From positions 199,330 through 263,329 of the forward strand of contig NW_005434589.1 in NCBI RefSeq assembly GCF_000315625.1: a stretch of 64,000 nucleotides of DNA, read 5' to 3'. The translations under genes were made by a program, and so were the position numbers. Every line of letters begins with the position of its first letter. Within the stretch, counting starts at the first letter, position 1. Of the stretch, positions 36,296 to 50,335 are shown piece by piece. Under the pieces are notes generated by a model. The model was not told the DNA's origin. It worked only from the letters and a program-made list of their open reading frames with translations, and did not search any database. The DNA comes from Guillardia theta CCMP2712 (Eukaryota; Protista; Cryptophyta).

Positions 36296-36454
36296 GGTCG
36301 AAGAGAGTGTTATACCACAAGGCAAGTCCTGCTAGACTCCCTCGTTTCCTTCAACAAAACCTTCCTCAGTCTTGAGCTGTCGATCTACAGGGCGCACTCC
36401 CAACTTCCCCACAGGTAACCCGCATGTGCCTTCCCTGCCATTGTATCCTTTGAT

Positions 36455-36605
36455 CCTCTCCTCTCCTCTCCTCTCCTCTCTCCTCTCTCCTCTCTCCTCT
36501 CTCCTCTCTCCTCTCTCCTCTCTCCTCTCTCCTCTCTCCTCTCTCCTCTCTCCTCTCTCCTCTCTCCTCTCTCCTCTCTCCTCTCTCCTCTCTCTTCTCT
36601 CCTCT
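36455..36605. repeat. (CTCTCCT)n microsatellite
   Basis: Perfect heptamer run read directly from the sequence. Confidence 0.95.
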
Positions 36606-36946
36606 CATCTACGTCATCTATCCTTCTCTCTCTCCTCTGTCCTCTCCTCCATTCCCCGCTCTCTGTGCATGGCAATGCGTCTACACACCCTTGTGTGAGC
36701 CCTCATATAAAAATCATCACCCTCATACTCATCATACAAAACAGTCCTAAATGGGGTAGGGGTGAAGAATCTTCCCTGAAGGGGTGGGGTATATGAGTAT
36801 ACCCCTTGTTTGAAAGGAAATCTTTGGACAAAGGATGTGGTAGGGTACTTTTCGAAAGGCGAGCAATGGGGGGGTGGGGAAGGAAGGGGATGGCGTCTTG
36901 CGATGTCAGAGAGATGTTGGGGAGGAAGTGCCGAGCAGGAGCAGAA

Positions 36947-37106
36947 GGAGAGGAGAGGAGAGGAGAGGAGAGGAGAGGAGAGGAGAGGAGAGGAGAGGAG
37001 AGGAGAGGAGAGGAGAGGAGAGGAGAGGAGAGGAGAGGAGAGGAGAGGAGAGGAGAGGAGAGGAGAGGAGAGGAGAGGAGAGGAGAGGAGAGGAGAGGAG
37101 AGGAGA
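36947..37106. repeat. (GAGGA)n microsatellite
   Basis: Perfect pentamer run of about 32 units. Confidence 0.97.
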
Positions 37107-37681
37107 GAAAAGGAGATGAAAGGTGAGCGAGATGACAGATTGGATACGATGGTATTGAAATGTCGGGGGGGAGGAGAGGAGAGGAGAGGAGAGGAAGTAC
37201 AGTAGAACGAGCGAGTGGGGTGGAGAAGGAACGGATACGCGACACGAGGGACGAAACGAAACGAGGCGAGAGGAGTTGAAAGGTGATCTTGGTAAGGAGG
37301 CACTAGGGGATATCATAGCAGTTATGACACTCAGGAGAAGGGAAGGAACAAGATCCGGCGAATTCCAGACACGCAATAAGATGAAAAATAGAACGAGAAA
37401 TGCAGGAAAGCTTCAAGCCAGCAGGTAGTGTTGAAGCTGGGGAATGCATCGGAGCAGACCGGATTGGGGAGGGAAGGAGGAGTTTGATCATCGTGAATGG
37501 AAATGAGGAGGAAATGAAGGGGGGAAACATGATAGGAGAAGGAAGATGAACGTTGGGTATTTGATTGCGAGATCAGGACAAGGAGGAACGAAGACTGAGT
37601 GACGTCTCCCCGTCCAGATGTCAACGATCTTTGGCTCGGCTCTTTGAAGTTCGAACGTACCGCAGCCTTGAAACCATCTCA

Positions 37682-38714
37682 ATGAAAATGATCCATCCGA
37701 TTGCTTTGCTTTTGCTCTTGCTCGCCTCCGTGCAGCTCTGGTGGGTGGCGAATTTTTCGTCATCAGCCTCAGTTTGTTCTCTGACTAACTTGTTGGCAGC
37801 TGTGGAGGGTCCTTCGACCACTCACCTAGCAAGACTGTCCAACGGATGTGAGATTCAATCTGATCGATCCCCGCATCTTTCAACCGTGACCTTGCTGTTT
37901 GCTAGGATGATGTTGAGGAACTCTGTGGGAAGAGACGTGTCGTCCGTGCAGCAGAAGACCATTCTTGGTCAAAGTCCCATCGCCTCCAGCTCGGCAGTTT
38001 TAGCGAACTTCGATACTTCGAAGGTTCGATCCCCATGAGCATGCGGATGACCAAGCTGAGACGTTTCGAGCAGGCGGCTGCTCTCAAGCGCATCGCAGCC
38101 AAGCATGGTGTCGTAAGCGAAAAGAGGCTCGCGGTCGCAAGCCCAGAAGGGCCCTCGGACGATGACGCGTCAGGTTCGCCTGTGCTTTGACGTTACAGGA
38201 AATGAGAAGCCTGCTTACCGTTGCGATCAGGTGCGATGCCGCCGAAGCCCCTGGACGCACAAATTCACAAGTCATCGCACTGGCTAGCTCAAGTGATTGG
38301 CGGCTTCCACCTCATGTGATCACGTGACCCATTAAACAGGCTGTAATGGTCCTCGCTATCCTCGCGGGCTCGACTATCCTGGGAGGAATCATCGGCGTGA
38401 TCTACTGCTGGAACAATCGGGTGCCGGGCGATTCTGCGGATAAGGTGCAAACTTCAAGTCACGATACCCTTACCGCTATTTCTCGACGCGAGATTTCCTT
38501 TCTTTTGCTCAACTGCTCTTCTCTTACCCCACCTTTCCATCGGTCGATTCTGTTTTCACATGTTTTAACCTCCCAGGGGAAACTGCCCACTAAAGAGGAG
38601 CGACTCAACGGGAAGAACTATGGCCGAGCGACACCTCAGTATGGCTCTTACGGTACAGCAGCGCCTGCTGGTTCATGCCATTGACAGACTGCAGGTGTCA
38701 AGGGACGCCGATGA
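37682..38714 (+). CDS. Hypothetical small type I membrane protein
   Basis: Signal-peptide-like MKMIHPIALLLLLLASVQL, a TM exon VLAILAGSTILGGIIGVIYCW and a short tail ending …PQYGSY. Exon joins are approximate. Confidence 0.5.
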
Positions 38715-39061
38715 TAGGGGGAAGCGAAGCAGAGTGTGGAGCGAGGGAGAAGAGGGGTTATTCAAGACTCTTGAGGTCTAACTTTTGGGCTCATGAAGAG
38801 CGTTGGACATGAAGGATTCAATTGGATGTCAAGGAATGGTATAGGCCTGCAGTATGATGAGAGAACTGTCAACAATGCAAGAGAACAAGGCAATGGAAGA
38901 GCTCTGATGGCTGATTCCTATTTCCTGCTCGACGTATGGTTTCATGAATTTAATGCCACATCATCTTGGCAAGAGCATCAATTCGACCATCTTCTCCCTT
39001 ACAACTCCCGCCAGGGTGTGCAGATTCCCATCTCTACATCCTGAGTTCCCCTACTGCCGCG

Positions 39062-41600
39062 CTAGGTTGTGCCATTCCTGCGCACAGGAACACATAGCTT
39101 GGATGCCACTACCGCATGATCTGAAGGGAAGTCGAGTGTTGGAAACACCATCTCCTGCAGGCAAGTAAGGGAATAGTCTTAAAAGCTGCAGCAAACTCAC
39201 CTCCACATACTTCCCACACCCCGTGTTGTCCTTCGTAGCTGGTTCTGCCTTTAGTTGAGATTGGTAGAACACGATCCAATCCTGCGGAATCGATAAGCGA
39301 AGAAGCGTGAACAACACGGGTGGCAACCTTAAGATTCTTGTCTGCCTTGGCAATTTTGTCCTTCTTCACATTCGTGTTAGTGGCTTGCTAGATCAGGATG
39401 AAATTGTTCATACTTGACCGATCGCCTTGTTCAGTTGGGGCTGCAGGTAAGTTCTGGCGTTGCACCTGCGTGCCTGTCAATTGAGACCCATACAAAACAA
39501 GCAGGTAGCTCACGTTGTGGGGTTCACAGGATTTGGAGGGGTTCCCCAGCAAGAAGCCATACCCATTGAAGCGATCACGTCGTAAAAATGCGAGACACCC
39601 TGGAGAGCAGTTAGCTCCTTCATATCCATCTCAAAGGCTATCATCACCTGATACGTAGCACTATGCTCACGATACCTGCATATGTAGTCAGATCCGAAAG
39701 AATCCTTTCAATCATTCACGTGTTAGCATCTAGCCCAAACACGAGTGCATGATCAGAGTATGTGCTGCTTGCAACAGCGTGCACTGCTCGGACGACCTGA
39801 TATTACACAACGTGAGAAGCAAACGCCTTAGGCAAACCAGAATTCACCGGTAAAGTTGCAAGTCCGTTTGTATCGCCATGGAACGAAACAAGCAGGTATC
39901 TAGTGTGATTGTCAACAGGGAAAAATAATTTTTCTTAACTCACTTGCAGAGGTCTTTGCTCTGTATTGTATACGCCACAAGGTCGCCATCAGAGCACTGT
40001 TTGCGATATTAGTCGAACAGAAAGCAACTGCATCGAATGGCACGACAAATCAACCTGCCAGTCTTCCACAGCTGCTAAAATTTCGTTTGTGACCTGGATT
40101 GAGGATTAGACTTTCGAAAAAAAATATTTAGACATACATCCCGCGCTGAAGTGAGATCGAAGAGATCCTTTTTTACCATAATTATACTGTTCTGATCTCT
40201 TTTCCCATCCATCTGGAATTAACCACACATTGGTCATAACTCGATTTTTGCGCAAGCCTCGGTTTCACATACCTTGGCTGGCTTAAACACAATGAAATCA
40301 TCGCACAGCGAACCAGCTTCGACCTTCTTGACAAAGGAAGCAGCAACCTGCGATAGGACCAACAGAATTTAGAGAATAAAGGGCCAGCGAATAACGAAAG
40401 GAAACCTCTTGCAAGAATACGAATGCTGCATCTTTGTACGTCCTTGATAGAATCTCAATAATCTGCCTATCCTTCCCTTTATACAACGCATCGGAGAGAG
40501 ATTTTCTGAAGAAAGTGCAAGAACATACAGATTCAGCAATCAAACGCGTTGTACGATTGACTCAAAAGTACCTCAACGTTTGCCACTTCTGAGGAGCTAC
40601 ACAGTCCAACATATGAATAATGATGGCATCGAAAATGGCAAGGCAAAGAGTTTGAAGAGGAATACAGATCAGTTCCTCCTCCTCTGTAATGGCTGGATAT
40701 TTGCACTTCAGGATTGGTTCCAACATTTGAAAAACTAGACATGGGTATCCTTCCGGACGCTTTTTTGCATTGTGGACCAAGATTTGAGTATCAAAAATAA
40801 ATTTCTGCCACAAGCCCCACCAAGCAGACTTGTTTTCAAAGTTCCCATCATAACAATTGATTGCTGTTGGTCTGTAGAATACCGTACCATCAGCTGCATG
40901 AATCGTGTTGGTTACTCGATCGGGCATGGAAATCAACCTCTTGCTTCCGATCGATCTTTCTTTCAAGAAACCACTGATAATCTTTCGGCTTCTGTACTCC
41001 GACACCCATGTATCTCTGAGCTTGTCAAGTCCACTGCACTTCATTCTATCCAGGTGCTGAACAAGCTCATCAAACATCTCGTCTGTCAAAACCTCATGTA
41101 TGGGACAATCCCTACTGCCTGGCTCATCAATGAAGTCTTGCACATCAACCATCATCTTATTGTATGCCGGATCATTGTGGGTAACCCAATACTCAAATGG
41201 GTTGTTGTTGACTGCAGCAATATTCCACGTAGCTGCAAGCCAAGTCTTCGTTTCGCATTCTTGGTGTCTGTGAGAGGGGCTCATGTCTACCACAGCAACC
41301 TCACTCGTAGCATGTGAGGTCATCAAAGCTCCATTGAAGCCATTCTCAAGATGAGGCAGCGATGTCCGAGGATGAAACAAGGAAGACTTTTCGAAGGCAG
41401 GAGTGACGCACTGGATTCCACCTGCTGCATTCAGTTACTTTCGGATTCAGCTCACGCAGCGTCACGCTGTCCTTGCATCTCAAAGAACTATCGCTCAGAA
41501 CGCTACCGACATCGTATCTTGAACTCGTACCTACAACTTCTGCATGCAATGCAATTTTCCTTCTCGATCTAAATCCCCATGCCAGCACGCACATGCAGCT
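39062..41600 (-). CDS. Endonuclease/exonuclease/phosphatase (EEP) fold protein
   Basis: ATWNIAAVNNNPFEYW, FVFLQE, SFHGDTNG, FGLDAN, DWIVF and FPSDH in canonical EEP order. The start was not resolved. Confidence 0.8.
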
Positions 41601-41779
41601 GACATGACCCCTTCTAGTCAGTCCTAGCTTCCAAATTCTGGTCGACTAGCTCCTCCTCGTACCAGATTTGCTTTCTGCACATCAGCAACTTTCTCCTCCC
41701 TGCTCTCCTCCCTTCCAATGCGTTCTCCCGCTTTGCATGGAGCGCCGCTTCTACCGCCTCCTCCACCGTTTGGCTGCAT

Positions 41780-42900
41780 GAAGCCCTACGCCGCGGCTGC
41801 TCCCAGTTGCCACTACCCACCCCCCTTTCACCTTCACCCCCGAGACCACACACACACCCTACCCCAGGGTCGCCAAACCCCACGAAAGGCAAACCACACC
41901 CCAAATCTGAAAGCCGTGACCCCTGTTTTCCACCAACATTACCCCACCTCACTCCGAACTTACCACACTCGAACAGAAACCCCCATTTGTACCGCTACCC
42001 CTACCCCTTCATTCCTATATTGTACCCCTTTCTGAACCCTTTTTACCACCTACCCTTCAGCAGTATGGTCTGCCTACCCAAGGTTTAAAATCCTCACGGA
42101 CCCTAGAGCAAGTGTATCACCCACCCCTGCAGTGACGGAAGACCCCACCTGCCTTCAAAATGGACCAGTACCCACCCACTTCCTGTTATTGGACCGCAAA
42201 GGAAGGAATTCAGGGGTGGTCAACTTTATTTGTGGGAAACGGCCAGAGACAGCACCGGTAGGGGTACCAGTATCCAGGGGTACGGGTCCCAATGGGGTGC
42301 TCCGGTACCCCATGTTTCATATTCTAAATGCCTGCAGGTCTGGTGCTTAGCAAGGGTACCAATATACCCCCACCCCCTTGCTGCATACCCCCACCTATAA
42401 ATCTGGACCACCAGGGTTTTTATCACCCTTGGGTGCTGGGTGTTAGTCTCATACATATATATAATTACAAAACGATTTAAAGAATTTTTTTGCTGTGTGG
42501 TACTGGTGGTAAACTACACTTCGGTGGTAAAGTCGTTATATCACCCTACCCTGTACTTTAGGAGAGTCACAAGGGGGAATGCACCGGTAATCTGTCAAGT
42601 TGCCATGACTGATCGTTCGCCTTGTACCCCCACCGACTGGTATCGTACCCCCACCCTTGGATTAGTACCCCCACCTCAGCATACATCCCCGCCATGAAAC
42701 TGATAAGGAATCACCCAACTTGGGTAATTGACCCCTACCCTGTGTATCCATCTCAAGACCAGGGAGCCCCAACTTAATACTGAGCTATCCCCAGAACCCC
42801 ACCCCTTGAATCGAATGAATCTTCTTTGCCACGCATACACCCCTCCAAAATATCTTTCACAGTTCACACCCTATATACAACCTACCCCACCCCGAACTCG
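41780..42900. other. ACCC/TACCCC-rich intergenic tract (~1.1 kb)
   Basis: Dense taccc, acccc and ggggta motifs, non-periodic and non-coding. Confidence 0.6.
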
Positions 42901-43615
42901 AAATCTTATCGACGTTAAGACGGTTACACTCTGGTCAAAGTGTGTGTGGTAAAGCTCTCGATCAAACCAATGCACGAAGTTTGAAGAAGTGTGACCGTTA
43001 CAATCCGTTACTTTGCCGCAATGCGGCGATTCATTGAACGCTGAGGTGTCAACTGTGGATGTGAGTCGTGCACTAGAGTTACTCGTTTGTGTTGTCACTT
43101 AAAAAAGGATCACCGATACTTCAATTTTACGTAGTGTTCGTTTGGAGAATCAAAATCAAATGAGTGTTTGCGTTTCTTGAGCTGCTCCACTTGAGACGTT
43201 CCGGCAGACACATCTTCAAAACCCACTCCACTCATCACCTTGCTGATCAGCTCCAGCCCCTGCTCTCTCCAGGCAAAGCACACGTGCTTCAATATTATGC
43301 ACGTACAAATTCTCTTTCTGCCCACTTTCTCCATTACTTCTCATGCTTTCGCTGTACTTTGAAAATACTAATCCACTGTTTCCTACACTGAACCTTTAGT
43401 AAAAAGAGTTCACTTCGTCAGGTACATGCTAGCCGGAGTTCAATCTCTGAAGCCATCCCAAACCTTAACACATGCACAGATCTCCCCTTTCTCCTTCAAG
43501 AAATAATTTTGCAACATCTCTTGCTTTGCTCCCCAGACTTTTTTCCGCCCTTTCGACTCCCGCTTCACCTCATCCCTCATCCCTGGACCATCAGTCTCTC
43601 CTATTGTCCCGTGTC

Positions 43616-43821
43616 CTGCCCTGCCCTGCCCTGCCCTGCCCTGCCCTGCCCTGCCCTGCCCTGCCCTGCCCTGCCCTGCCCTGCCCTGCCCTGCCCTGCC
43701 CTGCCCTGCCCTGCCCTGCCCTGCCCTGCCCTGCCCTGCCCTGCCCTGCCCTGCCCTGCCCTGCCCTGCCCTGCCCTGCCCTGCCCTGCCCTGCCCTGCC
43801 CTGCCCTGCCCTGCCCTGCCC
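43616..43821. repeat. (CCCTG)n microsatellite
   Basis: Perfect pentamer run of about 41 units. Confidence 0.98.
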
Positions 43822-44198
43822 TCTTCATTGATCCTTCATCTTACGGCTCATCAGTCCATTTTTCTATGTCCTTCACCACCCCACCTAGCTACATTATTTC
43901 TTGCCCCATACACTACCCTACCCCATTAATTTCGTCTCCCTGATACCCACCCTTAATGCTTATAACCCTACCCCTGGGTAGGGTGAACCAAACAATCCTA
44001 CCACCCCCTAACTTACGCTAAGAATCTATAAACATAACCCTCCCCATGTGCGTCATGAAGACCAGTACCCCCACCTTCATTCACTTGTTCCGAACTTTGT
44101 AACCACGGGTAGTATGTAGCAACTCGACGTACCCCACCACATCGGTTGCCCGACAGTACCCCCCATGGCTATCTACCATCCGACTGCGCTACAGTACT

Positions 44199-46727
44199 AT
44201 GGCGCTCAAACATGCCGTGCGAGGCCTCGCGTGGGTGGCTGGAGGCGCCGTGGTGGTCTCGACGTCCTCGCATCCTGCGATAGGTGAGAAGTAGAAAGAT
44301 GAGACGGGGAGACGGGGGAAGGGGGAAGGGAGTGAGAGAGGATTGACCTACCGTGATGCAAATCTGAGGAGAGGAAGATAGATTTAGGATGAGCTGAGGG
44401 CGGGAATGGGGGGAGATGAGGACCAAGATGATCATGATCACGATCAAAATACATGAAAAGGGACTCAGGATGATAGACACACGAGGATGCGAAAGTTTTG
44501 CGAAAGACTGAGGCAGCCTTGTGGGCGTTGCGGCTGTTGCAACTTCACCTATTGATCCTTTGATATCAAAAACGTCTGCCGTTGGTTTCTTGCGCTGACG
44601 AGATCTCGCTATGAATGTTTCTTGCCGTGGAGAGATCTTGTGGGTATAGATCGTGTTGAGTACTTAGAATGTTCATTATCAAGGATTCAAAGTACCTGTC
44701 ATGTTCGTGTTTGTGACTTTTCAAACCCGGTGAAGCCATGATCGTATCTCATATTCTAACATATTTGCTTTTGAAGGAGAGGTGAAATGCAGGTTTGGAA
44801 CGGAAATGTACAAGAAATTCATGTGCAGGAGTTTGTCCCTCGTGCCATATCACTGATTCTGTTGGTCCAGGTGGCCCATCCTGGCTCTACAGGATCCAGA
44901 GAGCTCCCACGAGCTCTCGGTGTGGATGGCAAAGAACGGCCTCACACCCATCGATCGAGTGGCTGAGAATCCTGCACTCAAGGTCAACGTGTTCGGAAAG
45001 GAGTTCAGTGAGATCTTGGGGGAGGAGCAACGAAGTTCAGTCACCAACATCGCAGGAAATCCCCTCGGACTCGCTGCTGGATGCGACAAGCATGGCGAGG
45101 CGGTGATAAAGTTTGAGAGGAGTTGCGGTCTGGTGATCATTCGAACCAGGTGAAAGGGTTCATGAACATGGGCTTCGGTTTCGTTGAGGTTGGAAGTGTC
45201 ACCCCCCAGCCACAGGTCAGGCTCGTCCTTCTCCACCCCTTCGCCTGCGTTCGTGACGCGGATGTCTCAGCCTGGGAACGACAAGCCGCGCATGTTCCGT
45301 CTCACTGAGGTGCTGAAGCTGAACTGCTCCCCTGCTCGCTCATGGATGTTGTCAGGACCAAGGAGTGATCAATCGATACGGATTTAACAGCCACGGAGCA
45401 GAGGAAGTTTTTGAGAGGCTCAAGGTAAGAAAATCGGCGAGGAAGGTCGAAGATGATCTCGCTGAATGGCCCTCAGGCAATCAGAGAGTCAGGGCAGGAA
45501 CTTCGTGGTAACCTTGCCATCAACCTCGGCAAGAACAAAACTGCGGTTGGGGATGGTGAAGCACACGCGAGCGAATGCTAAGCAAATGGCAGGATGCTAT
45601 TCCCGACTACGTCTACGGAGTGAAAAAGGTGTCACACACTTTCTATAGAACACCCTTCTTCTTACTTGTATCTCTCAGTTCGGCGAGCTTGCTGACTTCC
45701 TCGTTGTCAACATCTCTTCTCCCAATACACCTGGTCTCCGACGTAAGTCAGACCAGCGGCGTGGCGAGGAAGAGCTGGCTGACGTTGCTGCTGCGGCATG
45801 CAGAGCTGCAATCCCGCAAGGAACTGGAAGGGTTGATCAGCGCAGTCATGAAAGTACGGAATGAGAGCTGCCCCAAGGTGTTGACAGATGCCTCTGTCAC
45901 TCCATGTCGAATCGACCCTGACACCTCTCCGTCTTAGGTCCCCTTGCTGGTAAAGATCGCTCCTGACCTCACCGATACCGAGCTCAAGGAGATTTGCCAA
46001 GTGAGTCAGAGGTGTTGTTGCCTCCTGGCAAGCCAACTGTTGAGCAGGTGGCGACCAAGATGAAGGTGGATGGGATGGTTGTTACCAACACCACCATCTC
46101 GCGCCCAGAATCTTTGACCGGAGCCGCTAAGGAGGGTGAGAAGAGAAGCGCGGGTTGCTGCAGTCGTGACTGACCTCCCTGCTATGTGTGCGGCAGAGAC
46201 GGGGGGGCTGAGCGGGCTTCCCCTCAAGGACATGTCGACTGAAGGTCAGCCGCTCTCCTGCCTCTTCTGGTCTCACACGCTCCCAGTGATCAGGAAGGTC
46301 TACAAGCTGACCGGCGGGAAGCTCCCTCTCGTAGCTCTGATGCCTTCACCCCTCCTCGTCTTCCTGACCTCCTGCTCGCAGATTGGAGTTGGTGGAGTGG
46401 GAACTGGGCAGGTCGTCGGTCTGCACGCGGTCGGGGAGGACATGACATGACTTGGCAGGATGTATACGACAAGATCAGAGCTGGCGCCTCCCTCGTTGAG
46501 ATGTACTCGCGCCTAGGTGACGAGGGCGCCCGTTGGTTTCCTCGCTAATGAGCAACTTGGCAGCATACGAGGGACCATGGTCACCGCCCAAGATCAAGTT
46601 GGAGCTCAGCAGACTGCTCAAGGTACTGGAGTTCAGTAGGAGTCTTGCTGGATGTATCTAACGGTATGGAAAGGCGGATGGATTTGAGAACGTCGCCGAT
46701 GCTATCGGGGCAGATGCAAAGAAGTGA
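44199..46727 (+). CDS. DHODH: Dihydroorotate dehydrogenase (quinone), class 2, very many short exons
   Basis: DPERAH, NPLGLAAGCDK, GFGFVEVGSVTP, GNDKPRMFRL, INRYGFNS, VNISSPNTPGLR, PLLVKIAPDL, TNTT, ETGGLSG, IGVGG and KIRAGASLV. Confidence 0.95.
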
Positions 46728-46819
46728 AGGAGAGAAGGAGAGAGGAAGAAGGGGACGAAGAGGTTTGCTGTTGGGCTGACTTTCTTCCTCCGCTTATTAT
46801 CAAAGAATATATCCAACAT

Positions 46820-49700
46820 TTATCTCATCAGGCCTCTCTTTCTCCTTAATCCTCCCACTCCCTCTTCCTGTCGTCTTGATCTGCTCAGTGCTTTCTTCAC
46901 TTGCGGTTTCCCTTCCCTGATGGTATTGGAGTCCCGCCTGCACTTCCAACGAGATTCGAGGCAGCAGCCTAGCGGGGTAGTGTGAGCAGCACTAGCACTG
47001 CTGAACAAGAACAAGCATGCAGAGGAAGGGGAGGAGCGGAGAGCGAGGAGTGGGAGACGAAGTCGTAAGCAGGAGCGAGCAAACGCAACCTGGCCGTCTT
47101 GGAGTCTCTGGGAAGGAGCAGTCTTGCGCTTCTTGAGGGGGCGCAGAAGATCCTAAAGAAGGATGAGCGAGCGATGCGGAGGAGACGGAGGGGCAGTAGG
47201 GGGACCTGCTTCTTGTCGAACAAACTTTCTCGATCCTTCTTCTTCTTGCTGACCTTTTTCTGAAAAAACGTGAGGGGGGACGAGGAGGAGTGGATGGAAG
47301 GGGAGGCGGGGGGGGGGTAGCAAGGAGACCTGCCAGTCCATCAAAGTGATGACATCGTTGCAGAGCTGGACGAAAGCCTGTGGGCGAGGATTAGGATCTC
47401 CTGCGCAATGTAGAGGAAAAAGAAGGCACGTCTGGATGAGGTATGGCACTTGTTGAATGAGGCAGCAGCGGGAGCAAGAACAGGANNNNNNNNNNNNNNN
47501 NNNNNNNNNNNNNNNNNNNNNNNNNNNNNNNNNNNNNNNNNNNNNNNNNNNNNNNNNNNNNNNNNNNNNNNNNNNNNNNNNNNNNAGGAGGAGGAGGAGA
47601 AAGAGGCAGCCAAGGTGATGGTGGTGGTGATAAAGGAGGAGGAGAAAGAGGTGGAGCATGAGCAGCAGAAGGAGGTGGTGGTGGAGGAGGAGCAGCAGCA
47701 GCAAGAGGGGGAGGAGAAATTCACATATCTATAACTTACCGCTTGTGTGTGCTGGGATGACAGATGGATATAGATTCCTGCTCCTGGAAGGAGCAACAGT
47801 CAAGCTTGAGTGTTGCCGCAAAAACAAAAGGGAAACAACATAGTGCAATTGGTGACTAGGTAGGATTCGATGGGAGTTGAAGGAAGCAGGAAGAACATGG
47901 TGGAGCGAGAGGCAGGTGAATTCGGGGGTAGAGGAGGAGGAGAAGAGAGGAGGACGACGAGGAAAGGCTGTAGTAATAGGGAGGATTTACCCGCTAGCCA
48001 CTTGAGTGCGCTTTGCCGTTCCGCAGACTTTGTCACCTGCTGACCGGTGAGGGAGCTGGAGGAGGAGTAGAATGCGAAGTGCTCGACACTCACGATCGTG
48101 CTCCGGAGAGCGACAGAGCCAGGGGGGCACGCAGCAGCTTCCTCCTCCACCTCCCCTTTCTTCTTCTTTATGTCTGGCTGTGACTGAAAAAGATCGTGAG
48201 CACCACAGGATGGGAGGAGAAGGAGAAATTCCCCACCTTCTTCTTTCTGTTCGTGTCGATCTTGCGAGCCTGCTCCAAGATCTGCAGGAAGCAATGTGGT
48301 TCACAGCACGCTGGCGGGAAGCAAAGAATGCTTACGACTAGCTCGCTCTTCATCTCTGCCTTCGGTCGGGTGAACAACTTCTCCATCCCCATCTTTCTCT
48401 GTCACACACGGTAAATGAGCAGGGAGTATGGCCCCGATCCCTCGCCTGCGTCTCCCACTCCAAGTTGTAAGGGTGCGTCATCAAAACTCCATCATCGCCA
48501 TCTCCGCAAAGGTTTCGGAGCTGAGTGAGCACAAGGAAACATGTCAGTAAATCATCAGCGGATTTGTCGACCCTGGTCACCTCTGCCAGCTTTCTCTGAC
48601 AGAAGTAGAACCTGGCAACAATTGAATGATCGCTACAACATGGATTCAGAAGCCTCCACCTGTCTTTGAGTGCATCTATGCTCCGTGGAGTAGAGAGATT
48701 CCATCGGTCTGTTGGCAATTTCTTGATGAGCCAGAGAACTTCAAAGTGAGTTTCCATCAACCATTCACGACGATGAAGTTGAGATCGAATCTCTCCACCA
48801 GCTTGAAGAGCTGTCAAGACCAACCGATCAGCCCACCATCACCATCTCTCAGCAGGAGAACACCTCGTCAGTTTCTTGTTTCGTCCAGTCCGAAACCGTC
48901 AGATGTCGCGCGTATTCCTCCTCGTTGTACTTCAGAACCGCCGCCTGTTGTTTCTTTGGTTCACTCTCGGATCAGGAGCGATGCGGTTGAAACTTTCCTT
49001 CTTGTTGAACTTGGCGAACGGATACTCCTCTAGATTTATTCCCTTCCTCTGCAGCATACACATCACAAAACCCCAACACACCTGCTCCCCCTCCTTGTCC
49101 GACCTGCCAGTGACGGAGCTCTAAACCATCCGATCGTGCCGGGTTAGCAAAAGTCTTCCATTCCCATCCTTGTTGCTGCTTCACAGTCACCACACAAGAC
49201 CTCCCTTCCTGCTTCGACCTGGATATTCGGCTGCTGCAGAATCACTGGTGGTACGACGCCTCCTGGCAGCGGCGGCTGTGACTGAGCTGCTTTCTGCTGC
49301 TCCTTCTCCTGTTGCATGCTCAGCCTTCCCGGTAGACATGTCCGGCAACAAGCTCGAGCCACCTTCTTCCTTTCGCGCCAAAGAGACGGAGGCGGAGTAG
49401 GGATGAGGCAGATCGGTGAGTCTCCGAGGTCCATGCCTCTCATGTAGCTGATCGCAGCGTCAGCGCTCAATCACCATGCCACGCATAGAGCAACCTGCTC
49501 AGACTACCCGAGGGCATCGTGACTGAAGAGCGCCGGTCCCACAAGCAAGAGGAATCAAGTAACCTGTATCAAGATATCAACCTCTGGTCGCATAAGCGGG
49601 GATGCTTGTCAAAGATGATCTCAGCTGTGCAATTGTTCTGTCCTTCCCTCCTCTATCGCTTATTAATGTCGGCTACGCTCTTGACCTGCCACATGGACTT
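46820..49700 (-). CDS. DMAP1: DMAP1/SWC4-like SANT protein (NuA4/SWR1 subunit)
   Basis: WEWKTFANPARSDGLELRHW, YPFAKFNK and the SANT segment DRW…RSIDALKDR. Spans an assembly gap; both ends are approximate. Confidence 0.75.
47486..47585. other. Assembly gap (100 N)
   Basis: Run of N flanked by GAG-rich low-complexity sequence. Confidence 0.99.
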
Positions 49701-50049
49701 CATCGTAACCGCTAACTTGTCTGTCCCTTCTCCATATCATTCACATGCACTTTTATTTGGATTGCTATCTCCACGTCCTTCTCATTCCCACAACCTCGGC
49801 CCCTCCCCTTGCACTGCATAGCTACCGTTCTACTGGTTCCATCTCACCCCTTTCACCTCTCCTCTTGTCTCTGTCCTCCTCATACTGCTTCCCCTCCTGC
49901 TGCTCATCCCCTCCTCCCTTTCCATCCCTCTCCTAGTAGATGCTCTCTCCCCGTCCCTCCCTTCCCCATCCTCCCTCCCCTTCCGCCCTCGCTCATCTCT
50001 GCCGCCACCCAGCCTCCATTAACTAAAATTGTGATACTTTTGAAGGGTG

Positions 50050-50335
50050 CGAGTCGAGAGTGCCACCGGGCCGGGGGGCTCAGTGACCGTGCTCCGGGCG
50101 TACCGTACCGAGTCACGAGTCACTGAGTCGAACTCCCGGAAACGCCGGGCCCGGCGGACGGTCCGATCGGGCCACGCGGCCCGCCGCCGGGCGGCCCGCC
50201 GCCGTACTGTGCCTGTAACGCCGGTACGGTCACAGCCGGGCGTGGACCGGCGGACTCGGGCCCGGCGCCGCGACTCAGCGCGGCCTGCCCGGCTGGGTGC
50301 CGGGGTGGCCGTGGACTGCAGCCTGAAATGGTCAC
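50050..50335. other. GC-rich intergenic island (CCGG/GAGTC vocabulary)
   Basis: cgtaccgtaccgagtcacgagtcactgagtc, ccgggcccgg, cggtccgatcgg, ccggtacgg and gactcagcg. Confidence 0.78.

Noticed and set aside
36366-37376. ORFs made of ERRG/SSPLL repeats (also PALPC at 43472-43943)
   Set aside because: These are translations of microsatellites.
42871-43430. Possible small minus-strand gene
   Set aside because: Only short ORFs with no recognisable motif, fading into an ACCC-rich tract; support is insufficient.
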